Part shown: piece after piece, positions 18,946-27,616 of the stretch
Position numbering within the stretch: position 1 is the first letter of the stretch
Layout of the letters: each line of letters starts with the position of its first letter
DNA from: Anaerolineaceae bacterium
GTDB lineage: Bacteria > Chloroflexota > Anaerolineae > Anaerolineales > Anaerolineaceae
Assembly (NCBI GenBank): GCA_016841365.1
Contig: JAENZI010000001.1
Span: 379,639-443,638, forward strand
Direction of reading: 5' to 3'
Length of the DNA stretch: 64,000 nucleotides
Position numbers and translations under genes: made by a program
The notes under the pieces: generated by a model
What the model saw: only the letters and a program-made list of their open reading frames with translations
Told to the model about the DNA's origin: nothing
Database searches by the model: none

Positions 18946-18950
18946 GGGTT

Positions 18951-19844
18951 TTATACCTTTGTCTCGATTTTGACGCCTAATAGGCCAGAAGGTTTTATTA
19001 ACAGAACAACAAACATGATGATAAATGCAATTGCATCTCGGAAACCCGAACCAACATAAGCAGCAAACATAGTTTCGACAATGCCGATGATAAAACCGCC
19101 GAACATCGCGCCGGGTAAACTGCCCATTCCGCCGAGTACTGCGGACGATATGGATTTGAGGCCAACGGAAGCGCCCATCAGGGTATCAATTTTTTGGTAA
19201 TAAGTCCCCATCATTGCGCCAGAGATAGCTGCAACAGCTGACCCGATGAGAAATGTGATGGTAATGACGGTATTGACATTGATGCCCATCAGCTTGGCGG
19301 CGGTTGCATTTTGTGAAATTGCTCGCATGGCGTTCCCGATTTTGGTGCGATATACGAGGTAAGAGAGACCAAGCATCAACAGAATGGCTACAACAAATAT
19401 GATGATCTGAAAAATTTGGATAACAGTGTCACCGACGTAAACCTTCCCTAACTGAAAAACATCCGGGAAAGGTTTTGATTCGGTCCCAAAGATCAATAAG
19501 ATCGAGTTGTTGATGATCGTTTGGACGCCTACGGTTGTCAGAAGGGCTGTAATGGGGGCACCATTTCTCTTGCGGATGGGTTCCAGTGAAGCCTTATCCA
19601 TTAAAGCGCCTAATAGGCCGGTAATGACGATGCTGATGCCCAGCCCGATAAAGAACCCCAGCGGGGTGACTCGCCCTAACAGCCAGGTCATGGAGAAGAC
19701 AGTCAGGTAGGCACCGAGCATGTAGAAAGAACTATGGGCAAAGTTGGTCAGTTCAAGCACACCATAAACCAGGTTGAATCCGATGGTGACGAGTGCGTAT
19801 GTGCTGCCGATGGTTAATCCGTTGACAAGTTGTTGAAAAAACAT
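18951..19844 (-). CDS. livH: LIV-type ABC transporter permease
   Basis: QQLVNGLTIGSTYAL, NFAH and LGGMGSLPGA motifs. Confidence 0.9.
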   Translation of the reverse strand: MFFQQLVNGLTIGSTYALVTIGFNLVYGVLELTNFAHSSFYMLGAYLTVFSMTWLLGRVTPLGFFIGLGISIVITGLLGALMDKASLEPIRKRNGAPITALLTTVGVQTIINNSILLIFGTESKPFPDVFQLGKVYVGDTVIQIFQIIIFVVAILLMLGLSYLVYRTKIGNAMRAISQNATAAKLMGINVNTVITITFLIGSAVAAISGAMMGTYYQKIDTLMGASVGLKSISSAVLGGMGSLPGAMFGGFIIGIVETMFAAYVGSGFRDAIAFIIMFVVLLIKPSGLLGVKIETKV

Positions 19845-19967
19845 AATTTTTCACCTGCTTAGGAAATAAAATTGGATATCAAGGAGCTGCATGTGAGTAA
19901 TTCCATCAAATTTAAACATGTGATATTTTACCTATAAATGTCGAAAGTAAGGATTCCTTTAGGTTCA

Positions 19968-20987
19968 TCAGTCTAATAAAATTGACCTCGTAGAGTCCCT
20001 GACAATGATCTTTGCAGGGAGGATGATTTCTTCATTTTCCCACGACGAAACATCCAGTTGAACTTTTTCTAAGAGCCGTTCAACAGCGGTTTCAGCAATC
20101 TTGCCGACAGGCTGGGCGATAGTTGTGAGGCTGGGCACTATGGCTGAGGCTAACTCAATATTGTCAAAGCCGACGAATGAGAAATCTTCGGGGATGCGGT
20201 AGCCGTTTCGGCGGGCGGTTGCCATCGCACCGATCGCCATCATATCGTTCAGGGCAAACACGGCTGTGGGGAGGGGTTCTGTTAAGAGTAGTTTTTCCAT
20301 GACAAAGGAGCCGCTCTTCATCGTGAAATCCCCTTGAACGATGTATTCGGGTTTTGGTTCAATCCCGATTTCTCGCAGTGCTTTTCGAAAGCCGCATTCT
20401 CGCATATGGCTTGGGGCTAATTCGGTTGGCCCGGTGATCAAAGCAATCCGCGTATGCCCCAGGTCAATCAGGTGTTTTGCACCATCGTAACCCGCTTGCT
20501 CATTATCCAGCAAGATCATGTCGGCCAGGCTGAGGGGGATATTGCGGTCTACCACAACAACGGGTGTACCGGTGTTTGCCAATCGCTGCAGATCTTCTTT
20601 TGATTCACCGGCAGAAATGAAGATCACACCATCAACCTGTTTGGCGATCAGGGTGTCGATGTAACTGCACTGTTTTTCGAGGTCATTGTCACTATTACAC
20701 AGGATGACACTGTAGCCATTTTTGAAACCCAGATCTTCGATCCGGCGGGCCATATCGGCAAAGAAGGGGTTGGACCCATCGGGCAGCATCAGTCCAATCG
20801 TTTTGGTTTCGCCGCTGCGCAAACTTCTCGCCAGTGTATTCGGATGGTATCCAAGATTAGACATTGCTTTTTCAACGGCATCGCGGGTGGGCTCGGCAAC
20901 AAACCGTGTGTTATTGATCACATGAGAAACCGTTGTTGTCGAAACACCTGCTTGATTGGCAACATCCTTGATTGTGACTTGTCTCAT
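19968..20987 (-). CDS. LacI-family transcriptional regulator (PurR/RbsR-like HTH)
   Basis: TIKDVANQAGVSTTTVSHVINNTRFV, ARSLR hinge, C-terminal sugar-binding domain (GFDN). Confidence 0.93.
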   Translation of the reverse strand: MRQVTIKDVANQAGVSTTTVSHVINNTRFVAEPTRDAVEKAMSNLGYHPNTLARSLRSGETKTIGLMLPDGSNPFFADMARRIEDLGFKNGYSVILCNSDNDLEKQCSYIDTLIAKQVDGVIFISAGESKEDLQRLANTGTPVVVVDRNIPLSLADMILLDNEQAGYDGAKHLIDLGHTRIALITGPTELAPSHMRECGFRKALREIGIEPKPEYIVQGDFTMKSGSFVMEKLLLTEPLPTAVFALNDMMAIGAMATARRNGYRIPEDFSFVGFDNIELASAIVPSLTTIAQPVGKIAETAVERLLEKVQLDVSSWENEEIILPAKIIVRDSTRSILLD

Positions 20988-21012
20988 TGAGTGAATACCT
21001 TGAATTTCCTTG

Positions 21013-21069
21013 GGAAAACGATTGCGTAAACGATTGCTTCAAATATATCAGGTTAACGGCGTTTGTCAA
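21013..21069 (-). promoter_or_regulatory. Sigma70 promoter plus tandem LacI operators for the lacI-liv-dha operon
   Basis: Minus strand reads TTGACAAAC-gccgttaacc-TGATATATTT-GAAGCAATCGTTTAC-GCAATCGTTTTC, with the same spacing as the promoter at 7490. Confidence 0.85.
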
Positions 21070-21393
21070 GGGTTTAACAGCAAGTTAATTTGGCGTTGCT
21101 TTTGATTTGATGAAAATTGGATTTGGAACGATGAATTCAATAAAAATTTTTGCTATCAACGATATTTGCCTGATTTTTAAAGAAGATGACTTTACAGTGT
21201 CAACCTTAAAAATATTGCAGTTTAGCTGATTATTGAACAAATAATTAGACTTTGTTGACATAGATGACCAGTTGAATTTAATCGGTGCCAGCACTTCGCT
21301 TCATTGACCATGCAGAATCTCAGCAACGCGTTTTCGAGTAAAATCAGAGTAGTAACCCAATGGATTAGTTTTCTTTAAGAGGGAAGTGTGATC

Positions 21394-24300
21394 ATGAAAA
21401 AGCTCATCAAATATTCGACCATCTTTATGATCTTAATTTTAACATTCACCGCTTGCCAGCAAAGCATAGAGACTCCCGCTGTAGAAACAGAAGCGCCACC
21501 AACTGAAGCGGCTGAGATGACAGTTGAGGAACCTGAGATTGTTGAAACGGTGGAACCCACTGAACCCCTCGAATTAAATAATGAGGTCTTGTACGTTAAC
21601 CTGACCTGGCATCAGCATCAGCCACTGTATTATAAGGATGCAGAGGGTGTCTATACCAGGCCGTGGGTAAGGGTGCATGCCACCAAGGATTACCTTGACA
21701 TGGTCCAGAAGGCTGCCATCTATGAGGATGTGCAGGTGTCATTCAACCTGACGCCTTCCTTGATCAGGCAGTTGAACGACTTCGCCAATGGTGCCAAGGA
21801 TATTTACTGGGTGTTAGGTGAAAAACCCATTTCGGAATTGACGGAAGCGGATAAGACATTTATTCTTGAGCGTTTTTTCGATGTCAATTGGACCAATATC
21901 ATTGCGCGTTATCCTCGTTTTCAGGAACTACTGGATAAGCGCGGCGGATCGGATGAGGCTGCCATTACGGCTGCTTTGGGTTCGTTCACCGATCAGGATT
22001 TTTTGGATCTGCAGGTGTGGTTTAATTTGGCGTGGTTTGACCCTGTCTTTTTAGCAGAGGAACCATTGAATACTCTGGTCGAAAAAGGAGGGAATTTTAC
22101 TGAAGAGGATAAGGAAGTTCTATTCTCTCAAATATTAAAGATTGTGCAGGAAGTTATCCCTTACCACAAACAACTGCAGGATGAGGGTCAAATTGAAGTC
22201 ACCACGACACCCTATGCCCATCCAATTTTGCCGTTGATCTATGACAATCAACTGGCTTTGGTTGGCAACCCAAATGCAGAAATGCCTGACGCAGCTTTTT
22301 CTTATCCGGAAGATGCAGAGCAGCATTTGGCCATCAGCGTTGAGATGTATGAGGAAAATTTCGGCCAGGGCGTGCGCGGCTTATGGCCGGGCGAAGGCTC
22401 TGTTGCTCAGGAGATCGTTCCGCTCGTTGCAGATGCCGGGTATGCGTTTATGCAAACCGGTGAGCCTGTTTTGGCTAAATCGTTGGGGATTGACGCGTTC
22501 ACTCGCGATTCCCAGGGCTTTGTCCAGGAAGCGGATGACCTTTACCGCCCTTATTATGTTAGTGACGAGGATGGGAATCAGGTGGCGGTTTTCTTTAGGG
22601 ACGGCAGCCTTTCAGACAATATTGGGTTTGTATATTCAGGCATGGACGGTGAAGCAGGCGCAGACGACCTGATCGACCACCTTGAAGCGATCCACGCGGC
22701 CTTTGTTGAAAATGAAGTTGCTGGACCGCATATCGTTTCGATTATTCTTGACGGCGAAAATGCCTGGGAATATTACCCAAATGATGGCAACGACTTTTTG
22801 AATGCACTTTATCAAAAATTCTCTGAAAGCGAAGTATTACAAACAGTGACTCCTTCCGCCTATTTAGAGATGTTCCCCGAACAAAGATCGTTGGACAACC
22901 TCTTCCCAGGTGCCTGGTTCAGCCCTAATTACGATACATGGATTGGTGAAACCGAAGAGGCTATTGCCTGGGATTATCTTGCCGAAGTTCGGCAGGACCT
23001 GGCAAAATATGAAACTGGCCAAATAAAGGTTGATGAAGAGGCTTTGGCACAAGCAATGGACTTTATGTACCTGGCTGAGGGCTCAGATTGGTTCTGGTGG
23101 TATGGGGACGACCAGGATTCTGGTCAGGACAGTTATTTTGACGAGGGATATCGTGCCTTACTTTCTGGCGTTTACGAATCGCTTGGCGAGGAGATACCGA
23201 AATTCGTGCAGGTGCCGATCATCCAGGCACAACCTGCTACAGCAACAACGCCCTTTGGCGGCATTTCAACGCCGGTAGTAGACGGTGAGGTTGATGAGGC
23301 CTGGGATACGGCCGCTTATTACGAATTTGATGAGGGCTATCCTGTTTTAGGGCTGTATTACACTTTGGATGAAGAAAACATCTATTTGCGGTTGGATTAT
23401 GACCAGGCGATATCTGGTAAGACACTTGGTTTCTACTTCAGCGTACCAGGCGCGGGGATGGCGTCATCTGCGTTCACGAAGGATTCTGAACAGATGCTGG
23501 GCTTCAGCGCTGGCAGGCTGATCGAGTGGACGGATGGGGAATTTGTGAGCGTGTATGAGGGTTCTGAAGAGGGTTGGGAATTGGCAGAATCAGAAGTGGG
23601 CAGTGCTTTCTTTGGCAATTCAACAGCAGAATTTGCTTTCCCCATATCACTTATAGGTGACCTTTCTGCAGGCGACTCGCTAAAATTTGCCATGGCGATT
23701 GAACCCGATAGTGTCCTGTTACCTTTATCTGGCCTTGCCAGGATTGTCATGCCGAATTTAGGTGAGGTGACAGCAGTTTTGCGAATTGAGGATCCGGAAG
23801 GGGATGATTACGGACCCGGATCTTATACCTATCCAACGGATGGCGTTTTCAAAGAGTCAGTGTATGATGTAAAATTCTTTGAAGTCGGCATTGATGAGGA
23901 AAACTATGTGTTTACCTTTGGATTTGTCGGACCGGTGGAAAATCCCTGGGGGTCGCCGGTGGACCTATCGGTGCAGACTATGGATGTCTATATTGATATG
24001 GACCCGGGTGCAGGTACAGGCGCTCGTATGTTGCTGCCTGGACGGAACGCTGCACTGATGGAAAGTTCGGGTTGGGAGTATGCAATTTGGATTGAAGGTT
24101 GGACGCCGCAAGTCGTACAGCCCGACCAGGAAACCCTGGAACCTAAAAATTATTCAGAGGCGTCAAGCGCGCTGACGATCACGGTGGATGCTGCCAAGAA
24201 TACTGTCACAGCGCGTGTCCCCAAGAGTTTCTTCCCGGAGGGAGACCCGGCGGATTGGGCTTATGCAGCGGTTGTGTTGGGACAGGAAGGCTATCCTGCT

Positions 24301-24531
24301 GAAGGTGTTTGGCGTGTGCGGAACGTGAGCCTGATGGCGGCGCAGTGGTTGTTTGGCGGGACAACCCTTGATTCAAATCACACACGGATCATCGATTTGG
24401 TTCTTCCTGAGAGCGCTGATCCATCTCAGGCAGAACTGCTATCAAATTATCCCAGCACCAATGATCCGATCGATAGCCTCAGTCCAGATGATTTCTCTCA
24501 GATCCCTATGATGTTAGCTGGTGAAGATTAG
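21394..24531 (+). CDS. GH57 amylopullulanase-like lipoprotein with C-terminal DOMON-like/glucodextranase-C domain
   Basis: Lipobox FTAC; WHQHQP, WPGEGSV (nucleophile), LDGENAWE (acid/base) and AEGSDWFWW motifs; C-terminal DPEGDDYGPGSYTYPT. Confidence 0.9.
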   Translation: MKKLIKYSTIFMILILTFTACQQSIETPAVETEAPPTEAAEMTVEEPEIVETVEPTEPLELNNEVLYVNLTWHQHQPLYYKDAEGVYTRPWVRVHATKDYLDMVQKAAIYEDVQVSFNLTPSLIRQLNDFANGAKDIYWVLGEKPISELTEADKTFILERFFDVNWTNIIARYPRFQELLDKRGGSDEAAITAALGSFTDQDFLDLQVWFNLAWFDPVFLAEEPLNTLVEKGGNFTEEDKEVLFSQILKIVQEVIPYHKQLQDEGQIEVTTTPYAHPILPLIYDNQLALVGNPNAEMPDAAFSYPEDAEQHLAISVEMYEENFGQGVRGLWPGEGSVAQEIVPLVADAGYAFMQTGEPVLAKSLGIDAFTRDSQGFVQEADDLYRPYYVSDEDGNQVAVFFRDGSLSDNIGFVYSGMDGEAGADDLIDHLEAIHAAFVENEVAGPHIVSIILDGENAWEYYPNDGNDFLNALYQKFSESEVLQTVTPSAYLEMFPEQRSLDNLFPGAWFSPNYDTWIGETEEAIAWDYLAEVRQDLAKYETGQIKVDEEALAQAMDFMYLAEGSDWFWWYGDDQDSGQDSYFDEGYRALLSGVYESLGEEIPKFVQVPIIQAQPATATTPFGGISTPVVDGEVDEAWDTAAYYEFDEGYPVLGLYYTLDEENIYLRLDYDQAISGKTLGFYFSVPGAGMASSAFTKDSEQMLGFSAGRLIEWTDGEFVSVYEGSEEGWELAESEVGSAFFGNSTAEFAFPISLIGDLSAGDSLKFAMAIEPDSVLLPLSGLARIVMPNLGEVTAVLRIEDPEGDDYGPGSYTYPTDGVFKESVYDVKFFEVGIDEENYVFTFGFVGPVENPWGSPVDLSVQTMDVYIDMDPGAGTGARMLLPGRNAALMESSGWEYAIWIEGWTPQVVQPDQETLEPKNYSEASSALTITVDAAKNTVTARVPKSFFPEGDPADWAYAAVVLGQEGYPAEGVWRVRNVSLMAAQWLFGGTTLDSNHTRIIDLVLPESADPSQAELLSNYPSTNDPIDSLSPDDFSQIPMMLAGED

Positions 24532-24591
24532 CAAATATAATTGATATTGTTGTGCTTAGACCAATAGAACGAAATAAAGGTAGAGAAGTGT

Positions 24592-26319
24592 ATGGGAAAT
24601 AAAATTGAAGTAACAGAAAAGATGCGCGAATCAATCGAAGTTTTGTTTGAGGACGGAACGATCATGAGCGGGCCGCGTCACACACCGGTGGAAGAGTTCA
24701 TGAAAGTCTACCAGGATCCTGACAAGCCGTTGATTGTCGGCGCAGTAGTCGATAATGATCTGCGGGAGTTAACCTTTCCAATCGCTGCGGATGCCAGGGT
24801 CAGACCGATCAATATGTCTGATACGGATGGCGCACGGATCTACAGGCGATCGCTGACATTCTTATTGGAAGTTGCTTTCATCGAACTTTTCTCTCAGTGG
24901 AAGTTGACCATCGATCACTCCGTTTCCTCTGGTGCTTATTATTGCCACGTGCCTGAGCAAGAACCATTCAAACAGGAGAATTTGGATGCGCTTGAAAAGC
25001 GTATGCGCGAGCTTGTTGCAGCGGATGAACCCATGCTGCGGGAAAAAGAAGAACTTGAAAATGCAATTGCATTCTTCCAAAAGCATGGTCAGGATGATAA
25101 ACTGCGTTTGTTAAAATATCGCCAGGGTGACTATCTGATCTTGTATAACCTGAAAGGCAAACGAGATTATCACCATGGTTACATGGTGCCCTCGACAGGA
25201 TATCTTCAATGGTTTGACCTGCAACTGGTGGGGTCAGGATTTGTCCTGCGTTTCCCGAGACGGCATGCCCCAAACCAGCTTTCGCCCATGCCAAGTTACC
25301 CAACCTTGCTTTCCACCTTTCGTCAATACGGTCAGTGGTTGGAGACGTTGGGCATCCAGAGTGTGGGTGCGTTGAATGATGCGATTAAAGACGGCCGAAT
25401 CAACGAGGTGATTTTAGTTTCTGAAGCGCTGCACGCGCAGCAAATTTCTGAGATCGCAAATATTATTCACGATAAAAAGGACAAAGTGCGTGTGATCCTG
25501 ATTGCTGGCCCCAGTTCTTCAGGGAAAACGACATTTTCGAAGCGTCTGACAATCCAGTTATTGACGGAGGGGATATCGCCTTTCGCCTTAGAGATGGATA
25601 ATTATTTTGTCAATCGAGAAGATACCCCCAGGGATGAAGACGGCAAGCTCGATTTTGAACATCTTGATGCGGTTAACCGAGCACTGCTGAATGAGCACAT
25701 AGAAAAACTGACAAATGGTGAAAAGGTGCAGCTCCGCCGTTATAACTTCCACAAAGGGATCAATGAGCCCGGTGAGGAAGTTCAGCTCGAACCAGGACAA
25801 ATGATCATCTTAGAGGGTATTCACGGTTTGAACCCCAAATTATTGGAAGGGATTCCGAGTGAGCAGACCTATCGAATATATGTTTCTTGTTTGACGCAGC
25901 TTAACCTTGATCGGCACAACCGGATTTCAACGACGGATACGCGGGAACTGCGGCGTATATTGAGGGATGCCCGCGATCGGGGCTACTCTGCCCAACAAAC
26001 GATCAGTCAATGGGAAATGGTCCGACGCGGAGAAAAAGAACACATCTTTCCATATCAGGAAAACGCAGACATCATGTTCAACTCAGCGTTGGCGTATGAG
26101 TTGACCGCTTTAAAACCCCTGGTTGAACCGTTGCTGCGCCAGGTGCCTTACGGCTCGATGGAATATATTGAAGCGAAGCGTTTGTTGAAGTTCCTGCAAT
26201 GGTTCTTGCCGATTGATCCTCAACTGATTCCAGATAATTCCATTTTGAGGGAGTTTATCGGAGATTCAATTTTGCAAAACTTTAAAATTTGGCAGAACAA
26301 CACCCGAATGAGCTACTGA
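24592..26319 (+). CDS. Nucleoside (uridine)-kinase family protein with N-terminal ThrRS-like (TGS/editing-like) region
   Basis: IAGPSSSGKTT P-loop, MDNYF and ILEGIHGLN. N-terminal half resembles the threonyl-tRNA synthetase N domains. Confidence 0.82.
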   Translation: MGNKIEVTEKMRESIEVLFEDGTIMSGPRHTPVEEFMKVYQDPDKPLIVGAVVDNDLRELTFPIAADARVRPINMSDTDGARIYRRSLTFLLEVAFIELFSQWKLTIDHSVSSGAYYCHVPEQEPFKQENLDALEKRMRELVAADEPMLREKEELENAIAFFQKHGQDDKLRLLKYRQGDYLILYNLKGKRDYHHGYMVPSTGYLQWFDLQLVGSGFVLRFPRRHAPNQLSPMPSYPTLLSTFRQYGQWLETLGIQSVGALNDAIKDGRINEVILVSEALHAQQISEIANIIHDKKDKVRVILIAGPSSSGKTTFSKRLTIQLLTEGISPFALEMDNYFVNREDTPRDEDGKLDFEHLDAVNRALLNEHIEKLTNGEKVQLRRYNFHKGINEPGEEVQLEPGQMIILEGIHGLNPKLLEGIPSEQTYRIYVSCLTQLNLDRHNRISTTDTRELRRILRDARDRGYSAQQTISQWEMVRRGEKEHIFPYQENADIMFNSALAYELTALKPLVEPLLRQVPYGSMEYIEAKRLLKFLQWFLPIDPQLIPDNSILREFIGDSILQNFKIWQNNTRMSY

Positions 26320-26329
26320 TCCAGAGACA

Positions 26330-26365
26330 ACAAAAAGCGTGCGATGATCATCGCACGCTTTTTGT
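26330..26365. terminator. 36-bp perfect palindrome, bidirectional terminator
   Basis: acaaaaagcgtgcgatga|tcatcgcacgctttttgt between convergent genes. Confidence 0.85.
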
Positions 26366-26381
26366 GTTTAATTTGAGGATT

Positions 26382-27602
26382 CTATATGAGGTTGTCTTTG
26401 ATGACCTTCGCCAGGCGCTTGATCCCTTCTACGATGATCTCTGGCTTTGAATACGAGAAGTTCAAACGCATGGTGTTTTCACCTCCGCCCAATGGATGGA
26501 AGGAACCGCCGGGCACAAAGGCGACCTTTGCCTCAACAGCGGTCTTGAAGATTGCGCCTGAATCCATGCCTTCTGGCAGTGTGACCCACAGGAACAAACC
26601 GCCCTTTGGTTCTGTCCATTTCACGCCTTCGGGCATGTATTCTCTCAACGCTTCGATCATCACGTTTCGCCGTTCAGAGTATACAGTGCGAATGTTCCTG
26701 ATGTGGGTTTTCATCCAGGGCGTGTTTGCCACCTGATAAGCAAGAAATTGAGTGAGTGTGGAGGTATTCAGGTCTGCTCCCTGTTTGGCTTGCACCAGTT
26801 TTTTAATTACCTCAGTCGGTGCGACAACCCAGGCCAGGCGTAAACCGGGTGCCAGAATTTTTGAGAATGTGCTTGTGTAGATCACATTCCCGCTATAGAT
26901 TGGCACTTCTTTAGCCCGCATCTCGTTATCCATCACGACGACAGGCGGGAGGTGTTCACCCTCGTAACGGAGTTGACCATACGGGTCATCTTCAACGATG
27001 GGCACGCCGTATGCGTCCGCCATTTCTACCAACACTTTCCTCCGCTCTCGTGAGAGCGTCACCCCGGTAGGATTTTGGAAATTAGGGAGGACATAGATGA
27101 ACTTGATCCCCGTCCGCAAGCGGGATTCCAGTAAGTCAGTTTGCATGCCATCATCATCAAAGGGGATGGTGACATATTTGACGCCATACGCATTCCACGC
27201 CTGGATTGCACCAAGGTAGGTAGGGGATTCGACCAGGACACGATCACCTCTGTTGATAAAGATCCTGCCGAGGAGATCGAGCGCCTGCTGAGATCCGGTT
27301 GTGATCAGCACATTGTCCGGCGAAATTTGTAAGCCGTATTTTGTGGCATTGCGGGCGAGCATCTCGCGCAGCGGCTGGTAGCCCTCAGTGGTGCCGTATT
27401 GCAGCGCGCTGGGTCCCATTTCAGTCAAAACGACCTCAGCCGCTTCTTTGAATTTGTCGATTGGGAAAACATCCGGCGCCGGCAGTCCGCCAGCAAATGA
27501 GATCACATCAGGCAGTGAGGTGAGCTTGAGTAATTCGCGGATCGCTGAACTTGAGATGTTGTCCGTTCTTAGGGCGAATCGTTCGTCCCATAACGTGTGC
27601 AT
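26382..27602 (-). CDS. PLP-dependent class I/II aminotransferase (LysN/ARO8-like)
   Basis: ISFAGGLPA, PNFQNPTG, EDDPYG and STFSKILAPGLR motifs. Confidence 0.9.
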   Translation of the reverse strand: MHTLWDERFALRTDNISSSAIRELLKLTSLPDVISFAGGLPAPDVFPIDKFKEAAEVVLTEMGPSALQYGTTEGYQPLREMLARNATKYGLQISPDNVLITTGSQQALDLLGRIFINRGDRVLVESPTYLGAIQAWNAYGVKYVTIPFDDDGMQTDLLESRLRTGIKFIYVLPNFQNPTGVTLSRERRKVLVEMADAYGVPIVEDDPYGQLRYEGEHLPPVVVMDNEMRAKEVPIYSGNVIYTSTFSKILAPGLRLAWVVAPTEVIKKLVQAKQGADLNTSTLTQFLAYQVANTPWMKTHIRNIRTVYSERRNVMIEALREYMPEGVKWTEPKGGLFLWVTLPEGMDSGAIFKTAVEAKVAFVPGGSFHPLGGGENTMRLNFSYSKPEIIVEGIKRLAKVIKDNLI

Positions 27603-27616
27603 AAATATTTCTCTCC

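Noticed and set aside
21085-21294. AT-rich short ORFs at 21085-21294 and 34712-34918
   Set aside because: They lie in promoter regions, lack an SD and show no protein-like motifs.
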